Source of the DNA: Eledone cirrhosa
Taxonomy: Eukaryota
Direction of reading: 5' to 3'
Length of the DNA stretch: 64,000 bases
NCBI GenBank assembly: GCA_964016885.1
Contig: OZ024747.1
Location: 51,460,001-51,524,000, forward strand
Both the position numbers and the translations under genes were made by a program. Shown here in pieces: positions 57,916-64,000 of the stretch; position 1 is the first letter of the stretch, and each line of letters opens with the position of its first letter. A model generated the notes under the pieces. The model saw only the letters and a program-made list of their open reading frames with translations, was not told where the DNA came from and made no database searches.

Positions 57916-58489
57916 TAGTCAGTTCTTAGATATGCCAGCTTTGAGTGTATAGTGTTGATGGTATCAAAGCCTTGGGACATATATATATATATAATATATA
58001 TATATATATAGCGGGAATTTCAGAAGATTCGTGGTTTAATGAGGTGGGTACCAAAGTTAGCAATATGTAAGTTAGTCATACATACATATCTTCCCGAGGT
58101 GTTCATATTTTACTCAGACTATAAGTGTATATCTAGGAAAAGAATCCTTCTCCAAAGGGAGTGTTAGACAAGGTTTTTTTTTTTTTAAATCCAATAGTGG
58201 CCTTTGGATGTAAGTTTCTCAAGCAAGAGGCAAGGGCCGATTGAGCTTGGCTTAAGTGACGTCAGCGGGGCAACAGAAAAGTATCCCGTTTAACGTTACA
58301 AACCCCTCTATCACTCCATTACCCTCGACTGGTCCTTTCTTTATTGATCCTGAACGGATGAGATATTTAAGCTAACAGCCCGGATATTCAGTCCATATAA
58401 TGTGAGTTATGTTATTTGACGTTCTAAAGAATCTGCTCATTAGCCTGCTACCCTGGTATTTCTTCGAAGGTACTAACGGCAGGTACTAG

Positions 58490-58620
58490 AGACGAGGTAC
58501 ATGTAATCTTTGCGGCTCTTACAGCGCATCTCACTTACCATCCTCCGGGGAAACGCCTTCTCCATTCTGTCCACTGGGGCTGTGAGGCGGCCAGCACGTG
58601 GGACCCTATTTGCTCACTAT
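58490..58620 (+). mobile_element. CRE-element 3' end fragment
   Basis: LLQRISLTILRGNAFSILSTGAV is homologous to 7790-7870 (-). Confidence 0.7.
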
Positions 58621-58849
58621 ACAGAGAGATGGGGAGGGCGAGCGAGATGGGGGGGGTGAGGGTGGGAGTTCGGCTCTTTCGTGTTAGGACATATATATTA
58701 TATTATAGAGTAGCGTCCCATGATACGTTGAGTTTTTTTTTTTTTTTTTTTTCAGATATTATTTATAGATGTATAACGACCGAATGTTTAATAAAGATTC
58801 TTCGCAAACACGAAGTACCTGTTTCAGGGAAACTGAGTATGTAACTAAC

Positions 58850-59095
58850 CTATACCATAAACTTGGGTCGAACAAGGCTTTGTGACTGAAATTTCATATT
58901 TAAAACATATGGAATCTTGTCCGATCGTCTCTACCTGGCATTCTAAGGATCTTTTCTCCCACATTTTATCACGTTGATTCAGACTACATGTCTGGAACCC
59001 ACAGTCAAACAAGTAAACCGTTTCATTGACTAAGTAATTGCTATAATCATCGTCTAAACAGGCGAAGGCCCATTTATGTGAGACAATCAGTTGTA
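58850..59095 (-). CDS. Candidate 246-nt phase 1-1 coding exon, Cys-rich extracellular (divergent SRCR-like) module
   Basis: Acceptor TTTTCTTGAACTTTACTATAG| and donor TATAG|GTTAGT. Open frame VQLIVSHKWAFACLDDDY...FDCGF..C...LEC......IC......PC. Confidence 0.5.
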
Positions 59096-59149
59096 CTATA
59101 GTAAAGTTCAAGAAAATCAAATGAATCAATGGAGGCTTTCTTTCAGTTG

Positions 59150-59187
59150 GCGTTGTTGTTGTTGTTGTTGATTTAGTAGTAGTAGTA

Positions 59188-59268
<81 letters not shown>

Positions 59269-59541
59269 TTCTGATTGATGTTGCAGATGTGTCTGCTAAT
59301 GTCGTTCTGGTTATTGATGTTGTTGCTACAGTACAAGTAGTAGTGAAATTGTTGTAGTTGCTATTGTTACTTCCATCCCTGTTGGTGAGATTGTGTTGTT
59401 AATAATTCCTCTCATAATGTCATTGCTGCTGCTGATACCAGTTTTCTTAATGAAATTGTTGTTGCTACTGCACTCATGTTACTGGACTTCATGTTGTTGT
59501 TGTTGTTGTTGTTGTGTTGTACTTTTAAGTACATCAGCGGC

Positions 59542-59587
<46 letters not shown>

Positions 59588-59607
59588 AAGTAGTAGTAGT
59601 AGTAGTA

Positions 59608-59650
<43 letters not shown>

Positions 59651-59657
59651 CAGGAGC

Positions 59658-59728
<71 letters not shown>

Positions 59729-59832
59729 TAGTAGCAGTAGTAGCAGTAGTAGCAGTAGTAGTAGCAGCAGTAATAGTAGTAGTAGTAGTAGTGGTAGTAG
59801 TAGTAGTAGTAGTAGTCATAGCAGCAACAGCT

Positions 59833-59895
<63 letters not shown>

Positions 59896-60095
59896 ATAGA
59901 AGTAGTAGCAGTAGTAGTAGTAGTAGTAGTGGTAGTAGTGGTAGTAGTAGCAGCAGTACTAGTAGTAGCAGTAGCAGTAGTAGCAGTAGCAGTAGTAGCA
60001 GTAGTCATAGCAGCAGCAGCTCTAGTAGTAGTAGTAGTAGTAATAGTAGTAGTAGTGACAGCAAGAGCATCTCCATCATCATCATCATCATCATC
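59150..60095. repeat. (AGT/AGC)n microsatellite tracts
   Basis: Seen directly; source of the poly-Thr and poly-Val ORFs. Confidence 0.9.
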
Positions 60096-60325
60096 TGTGG
60101 CAGCAACAGTGGTTGTTTTCATCAGTACCACACTTTTCTCCATTTCATTAAATTATCGATCTACTGTCCTAATCAGTGTAATCCAGCTGACCTCAATATG
60201 GATCCACTCTGATAGGATTAATGGTGTTACTTCTGGGACTCTAACATCCCCGACCACTCTGTCTGCCTGTCTATATATCTATGTCACTATGTCCCTCTAC
60301 CTAGCAATGTATATACTTATATATA

Positions 60326-60402
<77 letters not shown>

Positions 60403-60441
60403 GTCTATATATGTATGTCACTATGTCCGTCTACCTAGCAA

Positions 60442-60542
60442 TGGTCTGTTGGAGATGCAGGATATGGCAGCGATAATGAGGGACAGAGACCGCTGGAGAG
60501 AACTCGTCCATGGATCTCGGGAATTTTACCCGCCTTAGATAT

Positions 60543-60545
<3 letters not shown>
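60442..60545 (+). mobile_element. RTE-like 3' end, copy of 33884-33985
   Basis: Near-identical sequence. Confidence 0.7.
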
Positions 60546-60621
<76 letters not shown>

Positions 60622-60887
60622 AAAGTTTTATTTAAAATTGTTGGGTTACAACAAGTAAATATTTTATAACCGATATAAAGCACTCGACAAGTTTTATATA
60701 TATACATTGATACGTAGACAGACATAGTGACACACATATATAGACAGGTATATATATATATATATATATATATTTATTAAAATAACAGATTAAAGTTTAA
60801 GCAAAGAATCGCTGCTTTCACCCTTAACGGGATCTTCTGAAACTTATCGAGCCCTCTTTGGATTTTAGTCTTCAATTTTATTATTAT

Positions 60888-60924
<37 letters not shown>

Positions 60925-60926
<2 letters not shown>

Positions 60927-61420
60927 TATAAAATAACAGGAGGCTGGACTGGTGTAAATCCTTGAAAGGTTTATTATACTATGATCATTCCAATGACCGG
61001 GTTCAGTATGAATCCGGTGATATCATCAGGTATTCGAAATATAACAAAGGAATATAACAAAGGAATATAACAGATAAAAGGCGGCCGACTGAGGTAGAAG
61101 CTGCTAAATAGTCGGTCGTCCTCTTGTCTCTGATTTTCAGCCCCATGGATGTTATCTGTTATATTTCGAATACCTGATGATATCACCGGATTCATACTGA
61201 ACCCGGTTATTGAAATGATCATAGTATAATAAACATTTCAAGGATTTACACCAGTCCAGCCTCCTGTTATTTTATAATAATTAACTCCGTACTCGCACCA
61301 CCAACTACACAAACGAAGACGGGTGAGTTGCATTACGTTGAGTACTCTTCATAATATTACATCGAGATTGACCATACGAAATGACCAGTTCTATCCAGTG
61401 GTGAACCAACAAACCTAAAT
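60925..61420 (+). mobile_element. Fold-back pLTR mini-element with hammerheads (60976-61033 -, 61170-61227 +)
   Basis: Arms are 60925-61046 and 61157-61278. The + core reads ATAC-CTGATGA-..ACCGGATTCA..TGAACCCGGT..-GAAA-TGATCA-TA-GTAT; the inverted copy has GGAA. Confidence 0.8.
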
Positions 61421-61421
61421 A

Positions 61422-61520
<99 letters not shown>

Positions 61521-62163
61521 TATAGATATATAGATATAAATAAATATACACGGGTGTGTATGATTGTGTATAGAAGATTATATTAATAAAAGGAATTCCA
61601 ACTTTGTCTGATTTACTCGTTTTATTTACAATCCTTTAAAATTATAATGATATTATAATGAAATAGTATGGTAGAATATTAAATGTTAAATGTTAATTGA
61701 ACTTTCATGCTTTCGCAATCTTCAGGTTCATATTAAATGGTGACAGACAAGTTTTCAATTATATATATATATTGTGAAAGAATGAAGAGTAACATGGTTG
61801 GCTGTACAACAAGGGGCTTTATTTCAGGTATTGACAATTGTTTCATTGATCAGGTGAGTCTAAAGATCGCTAATCGTTAGTCGCCACGAAGCAGAGTACT
61901 CACAACTGGATTACCTATAACGATAACTTGTTACACCATATATATATATATATATATATATAAAAGGAGATCAATATCCCCACAGGTACTAAGTACCCCT
62001 GGAAATATATAGGGTGTCTATGATACAGTGGCTGTTCTATAGTATTAATCTGACATACCAGAACTATAAAATTGAGATAAGCGGAGCAAGTAAGATTCAA
62101 ACAATTTTTTTAAATAAATTAAAAAATATAATTTAAATATTTACCTATTCCATTTGCTTTTAC

Positions 62164-62405
62164 CGACGGTTTCACCTCACAGAAGATTGGCAACCCTAGG
62201 GATTTCCAATGGAAATGTAAAGATCTTCAGAAAGCATATTCCCTACCGAGGACAAAAGTCCCAGGAACGGCAAAATATATTGCCACCTGCCAGCTAACAC
62301 AGGATCGAATGAGGCTGTAAATTTGACCTGTGCATGAGCCAACATTTAGTAGAAGCGGAAGTAAACATAGACATGTTGTCTATCATGCCACTAAAAATAG
62401 CAGCT
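62164..62405 (-). pseudogene. Exon-like remnant resembling a pentraxin/LamG3 C-terminus, frameshifted
   Basis: Acceptor TTTTATTTAG|, then AIFSGMIDNMSMFTSA (resembling FxGxIDxxxxxxxAL). Stops and frameshifts follow. Donor G|GTAAAA. Confidence 0.3.
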
Positions 62406-62423
62406 AAATAAAACAACGGATTT

Positions 62424-62521
<98 letters not shown>

Positions 62522-62545
62522 TATAGATATGTGTGTTTGTGTTTA

Positions 62546-62618
<73 letters not shown>

Positions 62619-62621
<3 letters not shown>

Positions 62622-62974
62622 AAAGTTCTATTTAAAATTGTTGGGATACAACAAGTAAATATTTTATAACTGATATAAAGCACTCGACAAGTTTTTGGAG
62701 TAGATATACGATATTAAATAAATGGAAACTATATTTATAAAACCATATTTATTTCATTATACATATTTCAGGGATACCAAATTAAAATATGGTATGCCTT
62801 CATCAGACAAAATAATGGTTGCATCTAATAGGGTACGTCAAAATTATTTATAAAACTGTTTATATATTGTATTTTGTCTGATGAAGGCATACCATATTTT
62901 AATTTGGTATCCCTGAAATATGTATAATGAAATAAATATGGTTTTATAAATATAGTTTCCATTTATTTAATATC

Positions 62975-62978
<4 letters not shown>
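62619..62978 (-). mobile_element. Fold-back pLTR mini-element (family of element 2) with hammerheads (62750-62814 -, 62870-62934 +)
   Basis: Arms are 62706-62814 and 62870-62978. The tail is homologous to 39520-39610, and a solo tail copy lies at 60619-60697. Confidence 0.85.
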
Positions 62979-63013
<35 letters not shown>

Positions 63014-63730
63014 CGCGTGTAGGCCGCTCTATTGTTCGAAACACAAACACACACACGCAAAAACTGACACATAGGTTCACACACACGTACACAGTAACTT
63101 GCGGATGAGCGGTAACTGTCCATCACTACTTTGTATCTTAACTTTATTAGCCCCAAAGACATTGCTCGTACTAACTTGTATTAGATATTCTATTCCTTCG
63201 ATAGTTACCTACCAAAATTGAGATTGTTGACTTTTCTCTGTGTTTGATTATAGTAATCTTCCTGTCACACATTAGTATTAGATATTTAGTTATATTGTTC
63301 TGTGAAATGTCACGAAAGGTCTGCCCCTTGTTGTTGCGGAAGAATAGTACACTTTTAATAGATACGAAATTATGGTGACATCTAGTAGATAGCTGATGAG
63401 CAAGAACAGTGCAAGTGTCCGCATTTTCTAAGCTTTGTGTGTTCCTTATAAGTCTCCTAAGTGCGTATGTGTGTTCGAGAGGGGGTGGGGGGTATGCCGA
63501 ATTCAAGAAGGGGTGACCAAAGTAAGTAATGTACACAATACATAGCAGAATATAAATATTTAATATACAAATGGTTCTACAGGACTAGAACTATTTCATT
63601 CGAAGGAAATCATAAGGAAATCCCCGGATTTCCGATCTGCTGATGCTTTCATTCGAACGAAACAGTTCCAGTCCTGTAGAAGCCATTTCTATATTACACA
63701 TATATATAAATATATATATATATATATGTA

Positions 63731-63783
<53 letters not shown>

Positions 63784-63898
63784 TATATATATATGTAATG
63801 TATATATATATATGCATTTATATGTATATATACACATGTATATGCACATACACATACATACATACACACATACATACATACACACATGCACACGCACA

Positions 63899-64000
<102 letters not shown>

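Noticed and set aside
59412-60438. Poly-Thr mucin stalk or poly-Val ORF
   Set aside because: Pure (ACT/AGT)n microsatellite without exon boundaries.
63171-63536. 121-aa minus-strand ORF
   Set aside because: No recognisable motif or convincing splice sites.

Overview
AT-rich, microsatellite-saturated eukaryotic DNA with no prokaryotic features. The repeat content (Nin/Deu-type SINEs, RTE, Tx1-like and CRE LINE relics, huge (TA)n tracts) suggests a coleoid cephalopod such as Octopus; this is inferred, not verified. Most ORFs in the track are simple-repeat artefacts. The dominant signal is a population of Penelope-like retroelements (RT + GIY-YIG, Naiad-like) inserted in (TA)n. Three copies retain coding sequence (26.9-30.5 kb +, 36.2-39.6 kb +, 43.6-47.1 kb -). 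About ten non-coding fold-back derivatives accompany them. Together they carry about 20 hammerhead-ribozyme motifs of several families, often as head-to-head inverted pairs. One canonical, fully base-paired hammerhead lies at 35714-35788. The window also holds a non-autonomous Helitron, a 35-bp satellite of about 100 copies, a 22-bp minisatellite, and scattered minus-strand exon-like remnants of a possible LamG/SRCR/7TM (adhesion-GPCR-like) host gene. All calls were made by eye, without database searches.
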